DNA from: Tubiluchus corallicola
Lineage: Eukaryota; Animalia; Priapulida
DNA: 64,000 bases
Reading direction: 5' to 3'
Assembly: GCA_030141605.1 (NCBI GenBank)
Contig: JAQGDQ010000122.1
Coordinates: 434,001-498,000, forward strand
Translations under genes and position numbers: made by a program
Notes under the pieces: generated by a model
What the model was told of the DNA's origin: nothing
Database searches by the model: none
The model's input: only the letters and a program-made list of their open reading frames with translations
In this document: one piece after another, positions 31,563 through 44,131 of the stretch
Layout of the letters: every line of letters starts with the position of its first letter
How positions within the stretch are numbered: position 1 is the first letter of the stretch

Positions 31563-34500
31563 TTACCCAACTTTCTGCTCCATCATCAACTTCATGTCAT
31601 CAAGTGGATGTAGATTATCTGTAGGTTGAATGTTGTATTTGTCTACAAGAATTCTCAACACATTGGGTGTCAGGAAAGCCGGCAATTTGGGACCCAGTCG
31701 AATGTTCTTGATTCCCAGATGAAGCAGAGTCAACAGGACAGCAACAGCTTTCTGTTCAAACCAGGAAATAGCAAGGGATATAGGCAGAGAGTTGACATCG
31801 GTGTTGAAAGCATCAGCTAAAGCCGAAGCGACGACCACAGCTCCATATGCATCATTACATTGTCCCATGTCCAGCAAGCGAGGGATTCCTGACTCACCTA
31901 ACATGCCCAGGTCTTTGTAATTAAACCTGTAGAATGAAAGCAATTTGTACAATAACTTTTTCAATTACTTCTCTACATCTTCGTCTGCTTGCAGTTTAAT
32001 CAACTGTGTTGTGTTTCCTTATACGACCTGACATGCAGCAAGCTAGAAACTGGTGTGCAACAACACAGTCCTACTTAACTGGATTTTCATGAAACATGAC
32101 TCTTTGCCAAGGTGTCTGTAAGATGATGTCACTGACCATCTTAGCATCATTCGGAGGTGAATACACACACACACACTCTATGAGGCAAACAGCAAGAAAC
32201 AGTATGGCTACTAAAACCACCAACAACGAGTATTTTTTGAAGCAGTTCACCCAAGAAGCCTTGGAACAACAGTTCTTAACTACGATTGACTAGTCACCAA
32301 TCAGAGCACCTTGCTACTCGGCAACACATTTTCCTCAAAATGATGTTGACGAGAATGCTCAATGACTTTATGCTACCAGGATTGCAAAGCTTCATATACA
32401 ATTCTGACAGCCTTTCACCATCAATCAAATACAGTGCTTTTAAATTCTTATTAAACAGCAGCAGCTAAAACATTTGTAAGATAAGCAATGGGTGGCTGCA
32501 AATAGTTCAAAATTAGCAAACATCTTTTCATAGAAGTTATTACTGTGATGCTAGTGTTGCAACAGATATTTGATAAGCAAGAAATTACAGCATTGAACTG
32601 AAATCTGATCTGACCTATACTAACAATACAACTTTGAACAAGTCTTAAGTGGGTTAAGATCATTGAAGTCGGAAACAATGAAGTAACTGCATTACTCAAA
32701 GCAATAAAACGCAATACACTTATACACAAAAACTAGAAAAACATTTCCCACAGTTACAATATAATACAATATAATATATGTAAAGTAAAAATTCACCTGT
32801 ACTTGGCACAGCCCAAGGTCAATACGACTGTATCTTGTGGTAAACTTTCTACAAGTGTGGAGTAATAACTTCTACGATTTTCTGAGCCATCGCATCCGCC
32901 CACAACAAAAATTCTTTTAAGTCCTCCACTTTTTACTGCATCTATTACCTGAAATGTATACAAAGTGAAAAAACATGAGCTACATGTCAGTGTTAGCATA
33001 GCATCCAAGTCATTCTTTGCTATTCTTTTTAGTTTAAGAACAAACATTTGTGCTGTAACCTGTGTACATTATATACAGTAAAACTGTTACAGTGTGTAAA
33101 TAATTTATAAGTAACTACTTCCTATCTGAGAAGTTGTGGGATCGATTCCAAGTTGGGTATCTTACTCTGACAGACGAGTAAATTCTGAGAGTAAACTCAG
33201 AAGCGTGAACGGTTTTGCAAGTTCTGCCGGTAAGTTTTTGCGAACTTTCCCAAGAGTTGCTGCAAATTCTCTCCAACAGTAAGCATGAGTTTACACTCAG
33301 CAAAACTCAAGACAGTTCTTGCAAAGCCGTTCACACTTGCGTGTTTACTCTCAGAGAGAATTCGCTAGAGGAAACTTGATAGTCTGAATGTGCCGTAACT
33401 GTGTAGTGTTTTCGACAATTATGACATGTCACAATAAACACAATAAACTAGAACATTAAAGCAAAAAAATGATGCAAGTGTAATACATAATCTATTTTAC
33501 AGATCAAACCGTTACAGCAAAATGTGAGATTTAAAACATAAATGAAAATACCCTGAATGCTTGGCCTCCTCGAAAATTACTTTAAGGGTGTGCACAAACA
33601 ATATGTAATCTGTCCCTGTTGCTTCAAGAGTAAGATTACAGTCAAAATTATATTAATTCACCAATATAATTACTTGGGATTAAAACAAAACAACAAGTGG
33701 GTGTGAGTACCCAGCAATAGTGATATGATATGAAGCACATTTCACTATTATTTCTAAAAGCAAACTTTATTAAAATCACAAAATAAGCAAATATCTATAA
33801 AACACGCTCTAATTTAATACCAGAAATTGGACCAGTTGACTGCAGGCATTCACAATGGTGGATATTTACCTTTTTTGCATAAACTCATGAAGGTAAAAAG
33901 TTGTAAAAATACTGTAGTGATATGCTTCATTTTCTAATTTCCTTTTTAAAAACAGTGTCTACAATCAACAACATTTTGAGACATGCATACCTTTCCGGCA
34001 TTAGCAAGCAGGAAGTCGTGCCCAAATCCTACAGTCAACTTCCCGTCTCTGTCTTTGTAGGAATCACAAAACTCCCGAGTATAGCCTTCGCAGCTCATAG
34101 CAGAGGACAGCAGGTCTGCCATGTGATCGTCACGTGATAAATCCAAGTGTTTACAGCCTTTAACAAATGGGGAATTCTCATCAAGTGACAATTTCAATTT
34201 TATATGGATATGTAACAAAACAAGGTTATGTAACATTAACACAAATTATGTCAGCAAACAACAACAAAATTTGCGTGTAATTCTTAGGTCACGATAATGA
34301 ACCTTTTACAGTACACAACTTTTTCCATTTTGCTGTTGTTACTCGTGCAGGTGTTGTCCAAATGTTTATGAAGAGAAGTTAACAGCTCCGACATTTTGTA
34401 AAGGATGGTAATCACAATTTATAAGATAAATATTTGTCATGAACAATTTAATTAATGAAATTACCTGACCACCCGACATCGTTTAGGGTGAAAAGTCTGT

Positions 34501-37500
34501 CCTTGTACGAGTGATGTGGTTCAATGATGCAGTTTGTTGTCACGACGATCGGACCGGGAAATCTCGGAAACTCAAATTTCTGCAGCATCCAAGCTCCTCC
34601 AAAATGTCCCACCAGATTCTGAGAGATTGCAGTGATTAGCGACAAATCATCAAATTCTTTAGCCAAATTAAACTCAAGGAATGGAATTTGCAAAAACTTG
34701 AGCTAATTTGAACTCAGCGCTCTGAATGTATAGACAAACTGTATTCTATGCAATTCAAATTTTTGAATAAACCATTTTGTTTTTTGCTTCTTTTATTGAA
34801 AATAATATGATATATAAAAAAAAACAATTGTATTCTAACAATGTAACAAATATGACATTCTCAAGTAAGAAGCAATGAAATTTCTATAACAGCACCGTCA
34901 ATCCATAACATGTCTAACATAATACCGTGATGACAGATTTTCATACTACAATATCTAGATCACAAAAGGCAACAACTTTTGCTATCTTGGTCATGCGACC
35001 ACATCAGCCTAGACTAACCTTAATGAATTTACCTTATATTTGCGCAATTTGGGATATCCGTGAGCTGGCAGCATCTCTCCGTGTGTATAAACATTGATAC
35101 CAGTTTTCTCAGTAGCTTTCAGTACAGCCAAAAGATCAACAAGATCATGGCCAGACACAAGGATCGCCTTAAACGATAAAGGAAAAGAAGAATTATAATC
35201 GAGCTATTATTAAAACGTACAGCTCCTAGGAAAGTGACTCTCGAAGATATCGCATGATACAAAATGCATCACTTTTCATGAGCACATTCATGTCTAATGG
35301 CACGTTCAGATTAGCGAGTTTTCAGGTCTTGTGAACTTGCTCAGTCACTCGCCAAGTAATTTCCAAGCGTGATCAGACTAGAGAACAAATCTTGCTGCGA
35401 GTTAATCTCCGAAGTGTCGAGAGTTAACTCGACAAGGCATTCATACTAGCTTGTAGGAAATCAACTCGCAGCACCTGTTACAGAATTTGCAATAACTTGC
35501 CAACAGTAACTCACAAAGCAGTTCACACGTGTGAGATTGCTGTCACGGAGGAAACTCGTATCAGAAACTCACTAATCTGAATGCACAGTAATAGGTAGTG
35601 ATAGTACTATGAATACGTTTAACGCTTGGCTGTTAACTTCCTTCAAAGAAACAAAATAATCCTTTTTGTGGAGTTTAGTGCAAGCACACTGCAAACTAGA
35701 ATCCAACACTCAATGGTAAGGTCTACGCAAAGCTGATATTTGTGGCAAAACAGGATCCTGGCTAAATATAAAGGCTAACATTCTAAGATGAGGCACTAAA
35801 ATATGACATAAAAGACATATTTCTATTCAACTAGGACTACAAAACTAATTTACGTAGTGAGAGACTAGTGTTCACCAGTCATTCACCAGTCTCTCACTAT
35901 GTAAATTAGTTTTGTAGTCCTAGTTGAATAGAAATATGTCTTTCATGTCATATTTTAGTGCCTCATCTTAGAATGTTAGCCTTTATATTGAGCCAGGATC
36001 CTGTTTTGCCACAAATATCAGCTTTGCGTAGACCTTACCATTGAGTGTTAGATTCTAGTTTGCAGTGTGCTTGCAGATACCATTCTTCTGAAAAATCTTG
36101 TAAAATTTTCGGGATTTTGTAAAATTTTCAAAAATTTAATTCACTTTGAATCATAAATATTGATAAAAATAGCTTGAGACCACATATCTTCATCAGAAAT
36201 GCAGGAAGTTACCCCAACCATTGATCTCCTTACTAATTCTTGCAGTTATTATATCATGCAATCAAGTTTTCAATTAAAACAAGAAGTAAAAGACAAAGAT
36301 CAGGAACCAATGACAGAAATTTCAAATTATACCTTTCCAGGCACAGGAGCTGTTGAGACCTCGTGGGGAGATGGAGTTCCAAACTGGTCACGATGACCCT
36401 TGTCCAGCAGTTCCATGCCTTTCAAATTTACTTCACCAACCCGCAAAGCCAATCCCAGGTTCGTGGCCAAATTGGTCCTGTCAGATTCTGCACTAGTTTC
36501 TAAGAAATCGACTGCCTAAATGTTTTTCACAAAAATCGGTAGAAATCATTCAACTCATTATAAAGTTCTTCACTGGGGAGTACCATGAATGGAAAAGATG
36601 GCTGCCTGTCTGATTATTGACAGCTGTTCGTAAAGCATGAGCTAAACAAATGTTCATTCGTAATGTTAACTTACGGAATAGTTATCATATACTGCTGGCA
36701 GTTTCTATACTCACACTACTTTTACTGATGTGCTGAATTGATATGAAGGATCAGTAGCAGTTTAGATGGATTATGCTCAATAGGATTGACATTTTTGAAG
36801 TTTTTTTTTGGTACGATACTGCCAGAGAATCAAACTTATAAAATGACTTTTCAGAAAAAACACGCCAGGCTGTTTTACCAACATATTGATCTATTCGATA
36901 TATTTATATTGAAATATCCACGTAATTATTTTCCTCTGCATGCAATATCAGTTACAATTTAAATCACAGTTATTCAGTACTACTATGCTTTGTAACTTTA
37001 GTTCCTTAAATACAGCAATAGCAATGATGCAACTGCTGTGAACAAAATCTTAAACTGAAAATCTTTAATCCTGCTGATCGATACTGAATGGCACGGAACC
37101 AAGTTGGTTTAACCGTACATCATCAGCAGCTGGTAGTCTTGAAATTTTACGAACTTTTACAAAGATCTTTCAGCAAAACAGCCATTTCTGTGTGAGAGCA
37201 AAGGAAGAAGCTAAATGACCAGATCAAATACGATTACTTTTATGAGATCTGATGATGTGATTAGTGTGTGTAATCAATTAATAACTGGCCAACCTGCAAA
37301 AAGAATTTTGTGCATAAACTCACAACACACAACCACCCACGCCCCACTCACAACACACCATCCACACTAACCCACTGCACCAATCATAACACACCATCCA
37401 CACCGCACCACACCTCCTACGCCATACAACAACACTAGTGTTGATATTGAAACCAGTGTAGACATGGAAAACAAGTGTTAATATGGAAATAGTCAAACAG

Positions 37501-40500
37501 TCATACATTGGCAAAGCAAATCATCTTTAATATTTTACACAATCTTTCATTTAATTTATATTATTGATTTTACTTGCATATATATATATATATATATATA
37601 TGTATTGCCACCCACACCATAGCACACCACCCACATAAAATGAAATGCAACCTTTTGCAAATAGTTACCTCAAATACAAATGCAGAAATGTCTCGTGACT
37701 CTTGTCCCAGCAAAGCTGCATGTCTGGCATAAGTCGCCATTCCCTTCAAGCCAAAGATAATCATCTGCCGAACTCCATGCAAATCTGCTCCGTAAATGGC
37801 TTCTTCAAGGCGCAGTCCAAATTTCTTACCTGCCAAAGATGTAAAAGCCACTTTAGTGAATCGTCCTTATTTAGAGTATTAAAACTGATTATTTAAAACA
37901 AAATCATGATTACATTTCAATTTAAAAACGACTGCCAGTGCAATATACTTATTAACTTCTAGTCCTGATGTCGTTTTCAAAGTAAAACGCTTTTAATATT
38001 TTTAATAAAGACATTCATATATTTTTAACCAAATGACTACGAGTGTATGAAGTTAATCAATGCGAACCTGGCTAGTGAATGGACACATGACCGATGGGTT
38101 CAGTACTGTTTTGAGGTGTCTCAACTGCCACGCTATATAAATATTCAATTTGTTTAGAGGACAATATATATCAAGTCAGTTCAGTGTTTGCTCGTAACGG
38201 ATTTTCCTTGATGAGTTCTGGTCCTGCCACAAACAGCAACACTGAGCAGACCATGTCATTAAGTGCATGATCCCAGTTTGCAACACGCCAAACTGTATAA
38301 AAAAATGACTCGGCTTACAAGGAATTTGTTATAACATTTTATATGCGACCAACTGGTATCATTGCTCAACAAATGAAGAAGCTATCTCTTCCATTTCTAC
38401 AAAGTTTTCTACAGTTATAGAATCCACAGTACTTTTCCTTTTTTTAAAAGTAAAATTGTTCATTTATTATCCACAATAAGTAACTCTTCCTGTGACTTAC
38501 CTTCTTCTGCAAGAGTATGTACATCTTCCGCAGGAGGGCGATATGTGGCTGGACCTTCAGGAAATGCTTCAGGTTTTGCTCCTTGTTCCTACGAGGTAAA
38601 CCGTTTTCAGACAATTAGTGTTTAAAAGCACGTGAAAGGAATTTCATACTCTCACAGATTTATGACACATGTATAAGCTAAATTCAGTTAAGCAGAATGA
38701 CAGCGTTAGTCATTTTATGGTGAAACTGTTATGGTCTGTTTATGACACGAGCATTTCTTAATATAATGTCTTGTCATTGTTTACTTTAAGGTCTGTTCTT
38801 TATAAGATAAATCAAAATGAGACAGATCCAATCATCAGTGAATAGGAATGGAAGTGTAAATTACTAGTGTGATATATTAAACTGATGTGATAAAGGTAAT
38901 TGTCAAGTATTTTTATTATAATTATATTAAGTCTGACCTTGCAAGTAGAAAAATATAGTTCTTTTACAGCATCCCTGTGTTTGAGTGCCTCAGAAATGTA
39001 GACAAGAAACCTATCTGGGTCAAAGTTCACATTTGTTAGTGTGCTGCAAAAAGAAACAAAAGTAAAATTAACACAAGCAGAACAATAAACAAACAAAAAC
39101 GCTGTTTTCTTTTTGGAAATAGTTACCCAAAATAAGCCTAGTGAACATTTTGGACAGATGTTACCACAGAATTCGAGCAGTTTTAAAAGATTTAAACCAG
39201 ATCCAAAAAAACAGAAAACTTCGTCTACAGATTTCTTAAAATTCACGAAGCATGATATTGAAGTTGTGTCCAAGCAAGCGAGCGGCGTAGAATGATGCGT
39301 GACAATAAATGTGATGGTCAATAAATCTAGTTCCTCCTTAATTCCATTGTTTGAAATAAGAATAATAATTTAGATAATTTGGAATAATTTAGAATAATTT
39401 AAATAATTTGGAACAATATAGAATAATTTGGATAATTAATTGTGCCAGACAGACTTTAAGCAGAATGTATAAGTATTTTAGAGAGCACCAATTGAATTAT
39501 GATCATCGAACTTTATTGTCACTGCCACATTCTCATGTTTGATCACACTATATATTGTACTAATTAAAATTTCTGAATGCTAATTCATAAAATTTTCAGA
39601 ACTACTTGAATCATAAACTACTACAGCTGTTGCTGCTAATATGTCAAGTTACATACCAAAACAATTCCAATGAATTTAATCAGAGAACATTTGTACCAAA
39701 TTAAATTAATTAAATGAACTTACAATATCTACTCATATTAGCATTTATTGCAGTAATTTGATGGCTACATTGCTGTGATGCATGCAGTTCATCATCATTC
39801 ACAAAGAATATGCAAACTGTGGTATGTATTATTGGTGTGCAAATAACAGAATTAGTCAGTGTAACATATACATTGGCACACAATGGATTATTGTAAAACA
39901 TACGCTGATAGTCTCTTATACGTTGGCATACAACGTGAATGGGTAATATAAAACTATGATCTATAATTTAATGCTCACTCTAAAAGAACAGGTCTAAGCA
40001 ACTTTAAAATACTCATTAAAGGGATCATGGAAGTTCTAAAGTACTTGCTCACCTGAACAATGCTGAGTACATAAAATCGTACACTTCATTATTAAGATGT
40101 CTGCCCAGCTTGTTGACACGATGCCCGTACAAGGCCAGACCACGCAAGATGTACGTCAACAAATCTTGCAGGTGCGAAACCTCAGCAGTTTTTCCGCAAA
40201 CTCCGATCGTAGTGCACCCCTTCCGATTCTTGGTTTGTTCACATTGAAAACAAAACATGTCTGAAAATAAGTAATGAAAATCATAAAAAATCTTGTGCAC
40301 AAAGCTGTTTTATTACATTGGTCAATTCGTAATGTTTTAACTAGTGAAAAAATATGTGAGCCAATTAGAGCTATGTGCTCTGCTGTGCTGCAGTAGCACA
40401 AATAAGATAACCTCACTAAATAACATAGAGGCAACAATTTGTTTTCTACACTACCCACAGTCATGAAAGCTAATTCATTCGAAAATCAGACATATGATAT

Positions 40501-41341
40501 ATGCACGATTTCAGCTGTAGTAGACCGGACATAACTGACTGTGGCACACGTACAATATCAGTCAAGTAAATTGCAAGTGAATAACAGAAAGAAATGGACA
40601 GTCAGTACCATTGCGACCACTTAGCCACAACTTACTAGAGCCTAGTTATTAGCCTTTTCACATGGCAACAAGAACTTTTGTTAAACTTACATTTCATACT
40701 AACTTTCATAGTAATAATATAACTCTCTTATTTTCATATTAATGAAAATAATTAGTTAACTAACTAATTAATAAAGCAAGATTGATTATCAAGTTATTAA
40801 TGATATAAGTCTTCCATCCTAAGGAGAAATTTTATGACTAGCATGGAAAAAATGAATAAAAAAATCATTCCACTGCCAGATTCTGAAACCTGTGCCTCTC
40901 GCTTAGAAGTTGCCAAAAATGCAATAGAGTTGGCAAGAATACCTGCTAGAAAGCCACTGGTTCAAATCCAGATTTAGAACATTTTTTACTATTTCTTTTG
41001 CAAGCCAATCATAAGTTCACCTTTACATAATAGAAAATTCATAATGTCATACAGATTAAGTGAAAATTAACAAAACTTCTCAGTATTTCACTAAGAAATT
41101 TGAAAGACATGAGATCTGAATAGCACTAGAAGCTGCGCTACAATAATCATATAATACCTTCAGTATCGGCATTCGCTGCTCTGGCTTTTGTGGTATAGCT
41201 TCTCAACTTAACCTCTCCAAGATTTCGCAAAATAGTCCTGTTAAAGGGAGCCACGTGTCTCTCTAAAACACTGCATCGCCCTGCTGTTAGATAGCGCACA
41301 GTTGTGGCACGTAACAATGCTCTCAACAATGTGGAAGCCAT
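31563..41341 (-). CDS. hcp: Hybrid cluster protein (HCP; hydroxylamine/NO reductase, prismane), complete, ~633 aa. Exons: 41341-41158, 40260-40053, 39043-38938, 38588-38501, 37829-37669, 36515-36333, 35167-35033, 34618-34465, 34157-33991, 32948-32797, 31926-31563
   Basis: Ten GT-AG introns join into an open 1902-nt CDS. Motifs: [24 protein letters not shown] (Cx2Cx8Cx5C), [115 protein letters not shown]. Confidence 0.96.
33160..33398. mobile_element. Partial MITE copy related to 35295-35591
   Basis: Shares the 3' end: caaagccgttcacac...gaaacttgatagtctgaatgtgccgtaa versus caaagcagttcacac...gaaactcactaatctgaatgcacagtaa. Confidence 0.55.
35295..35591. mobile_element. PIF/Harbinger-like MITE in an HCP intron
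   Basis: Imperfect TIRs GCACGTTCAGATTAGCGAGTTT / AAACTCACTAATCTGAATGCAC, flanked by TAA on both sides. Confidence 0.6.
35679..36075. repeat. Long near-perfect inverted repeat (192-bp arms, 13-nt loop) in HCP intron 6
   Basis: 35679-35870 is the reverse complement of 35884-36075 with about 5 mismatches. Confidence 0.95.
39361..39438. repeat. Degenerate ~9-10-bp tandem repeat (GAATAATTTR)n
   Basis: About 8 imperfect units. Confidence 0.75.
41158..41341 (-). other. Exon encoding a putative mitochondrial targeting presequence of HCP
   Basis: [24 protein letters not shown]...[10 protein letters not shown]: 9 Arg and only 2 acidic residues in the first 54 aa, rich in A/L/S/T, with an R-S-Y-T motif resembling an MPP cleavage site. 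Splices in frame (phase 1) to the D-MFCFQC exon. Confidence 0.75.
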
Positions 41342-42468
41342 CTTCTTCGGAAGTTATTTTATCTGTGCTAGCACAATATCTGCAATTACCAACCAAAAAG
41401 GTTATAAAATTATACCTTTATTTCCCACGTTTCTGTCAGCAACTGCTTTAAAGTAACTATAGCAGGTGTTTATGTGGTCAATTTAATAAAAGAGAAAATT
41501 TGCAAAATTTTCATTAACTTACGCAAAAATGCGAATTGACAGCATGTTGTGGCTGGTAAACACACAAAAATAACAAGCAATTAAAAATGAAGTCATTGTT
41601 ACTGTTATTTTGTTATTTGTGTAAATGTCAAGACAAAATGTTTATCCTCATTTTAGCATCTTGCACCAACACTGAAAGAAGATAACAGTTTTATGTTGAC
41701 CTGAATTTGTCTAGTTTAGACAAGAGAGAAATGTTGAAGACTGGTATGTTAATAGAACAATATAAAGTGATTTATTATAATTAGCCAACACCTATGCGCA
41801 TGCATATACCCCTGGAAATAAGATGTAAATGGGAAATTAAGGGCTGCTCGTCTTAGAGCTTTTTCGTACTGCACTGTTTACAGACAAGAGACTAAGAATG
41901 GTGAATGGCCATTACTTTATTTTGAGAAAAACATCAGAGAAATACATAGTAAACATAGCTAATTATTTCTTGAGAAACATGTTATTGCTATTTATTGTTA
42001 TTTCTAGCATACAAGTTCTTATTTAAGCAGGTATCACAATGATCACGATGTTCTGCTAAAAAGAAATGCCATGGTAACGTTTGCTTCTGTGCTTCATCTG
42101 GTAAACATCAACAAGTATAGATTTAATCTATTCTAGGGCATGCATTGTGTTCAGCTTTATATAGTAATATTGACCCAATTACAATATATCTATACAAACA
42201 TATTTAATCAGTTCACACTGTACTTCATGTGCGTGTGAACAATCTACTATGTAAGCAGTGAGGTGCTGGGTTCAAATCCTGGTCAGTCTGCAATTTTTCA
42301 GTGCTTCCTTCCTCAATTAATTAGATGTTAGGCTTTCCTAATGTGTATGTGCGCGTGTGTGTGCATGCGTATGTGAACGCAGTTGAACAGCTTGTCCTGA
42401 TAGCAATCTACATGGCACGTTACAAGGTAATAAAGATATTTTGTTGTAAAATCCAATATTGCACAGCA

Positions 42469-42613
42469 GGGCGCGTTGTTCTAATGATCTGAGCGCACAG
42501 GGCAACTTGTTCCACTGATAATAATGTTAATGGTGCATCTTGTTCTAATGCTCGTACATTATGGGGCATGTTGTCCTAGTAATGACATGTATATAGTGCA
42601 CCTTGTGCTACTG
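42469..42613. repeat. Degenerate 31-32-bp-period minisatellite (5 units)
   Basis: A core resembling GGGCAYCTTGTTCTAMTG recurs at 42469, 42500, 42532, 42563 and 42595. Confidence 0.6.
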
Positions 42614-44131
42614 AGGGCAGATTGCACTTTTAATGAGGTCAGTAGTGATGCATGAACTGAACTTGCGCAATGTTTCATGTGCAATGGTAATGATAACAGT
42701 AAAAATACTGACGCTGGTCTCGTAAATTCATTTCAGTCAAGTTCCTGGAACGCTAAAACTTTAATTTTTGACTAATCTGCTAGAAGCTGGTGCACAGCGT
42801 GTTTCTAATGCAAATAACTAAGATTTTCTACTGCAAATTATTAATGGTGGCCGGGAGATTTTTTGAGGTGAGAGATTTGCATTTTTTTCAAAGATGCGTT
42901 AAACTTCAGAAGTTCAAATTTCACGATTATTGAGCATTACATGCTGATTTTTGTAAGGCTGTGTTTAAGTTAAATAGACAAGATAATGTGAGACGATGTA
43001 GTTTTTGCCTTCTTTGCTGTGCCGGCAATAAAGTTCAGTGAATCTACATAAAATGAAAATTACAGTGAATTTTAAACAATTTTCATGCTGATATAAATCT
43101 ATAGTCACTATAATGTACTTTGTCAAAAGATTTAACATAATTATGTCATTTTAATTTCAATTCTAATGTCAGCTAATTCAAGATTTTTAAAACAAATGTG
43201 TATCTATGAGTATCTAACAAATTTCAGAATATTATAAAACTGTCTATTTCGCCATGATTTTGTTCTCGATTTTGTTCATGTAATAAGTTTTAGCCATTGT
43301 TTTATTATGACATCATAATAAAGTTCCTCCGTGTTAAAAGTTTACGATAAAAGGGATACCACAGCAACAATAAATGGTGTTCTAAATGGCAAGTTCACAA
43401 AGAGTCAGATTCATGACAACAATAAATGTCATTCTAAAAGACATATCCTGGCAGTTGGCAAGCAAAAACTCAATAAGCGAATAACTTAATGACTTGCAAT
43501 CTAGACTAAGTGCTTTAAAAACTCAGCATTTGAAAGGCTACTGAAAATTGGTCAAAAACGTTCAGTTTAATAATAATGTCAATGAAACATGTTGCATAAA
43601 ACAGACAGTGATAATATTAAGCTAAACACAACATATGTGCTGGAGTACATCAAATCCATACTTGTTGAGACTTACCAGATGAAGCGTAAAGCCAAAACCG
43701 ACAACTGCACGATTTGATCCAGAAGCCATGTCATTACTGATTTGATTACAAAACATTTCATGCTTTGTAATTTAAGAATGGGATTATGGGACTACTACAA
43801 CATTTTGTGACATAACACGTGCACTAGCTGACAACAGTACATTTACATTGTAATGATTATAAACGGAAAATTACAATGTCATGTTACATGGAAACATGGA
43901 CAAGTTAGTTAAAAAGGAATGCAGCAGTATCCGACACAACACATTTCTAGAAAAACACACCTGTGTACATACCTTTAGGTGCTTAAACTACTCTAAACGC
44001 TATTGTAGGTAAAACACTTCTATAGTGCTTTAAACACTAATTTACTAAACACTACGTTACTGCAAAAATACACAAATTCACAGATGTGTGATATTACTCA
44101 CTTTATTGGGTAATCGCTATTCAGACACCGT

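Noticed and set aside
31563-41341. HCP as bacterial contamination or symbiont DNA
   Set aside because: Ten spliceosomal introns, intronic transposon remnants and contiguous metazoan neighbours rule this out.
42469-42613. CRISPR array
   Set aside because: Repeats are too degenerate, spacers too short, there are no cas genes and the context is eukaryotic.
43816-43825. CACGTG/RCGTG as a hypoxia-response element for HCP
   Set aside because: The motif is short and occurs many times in the window by chance.
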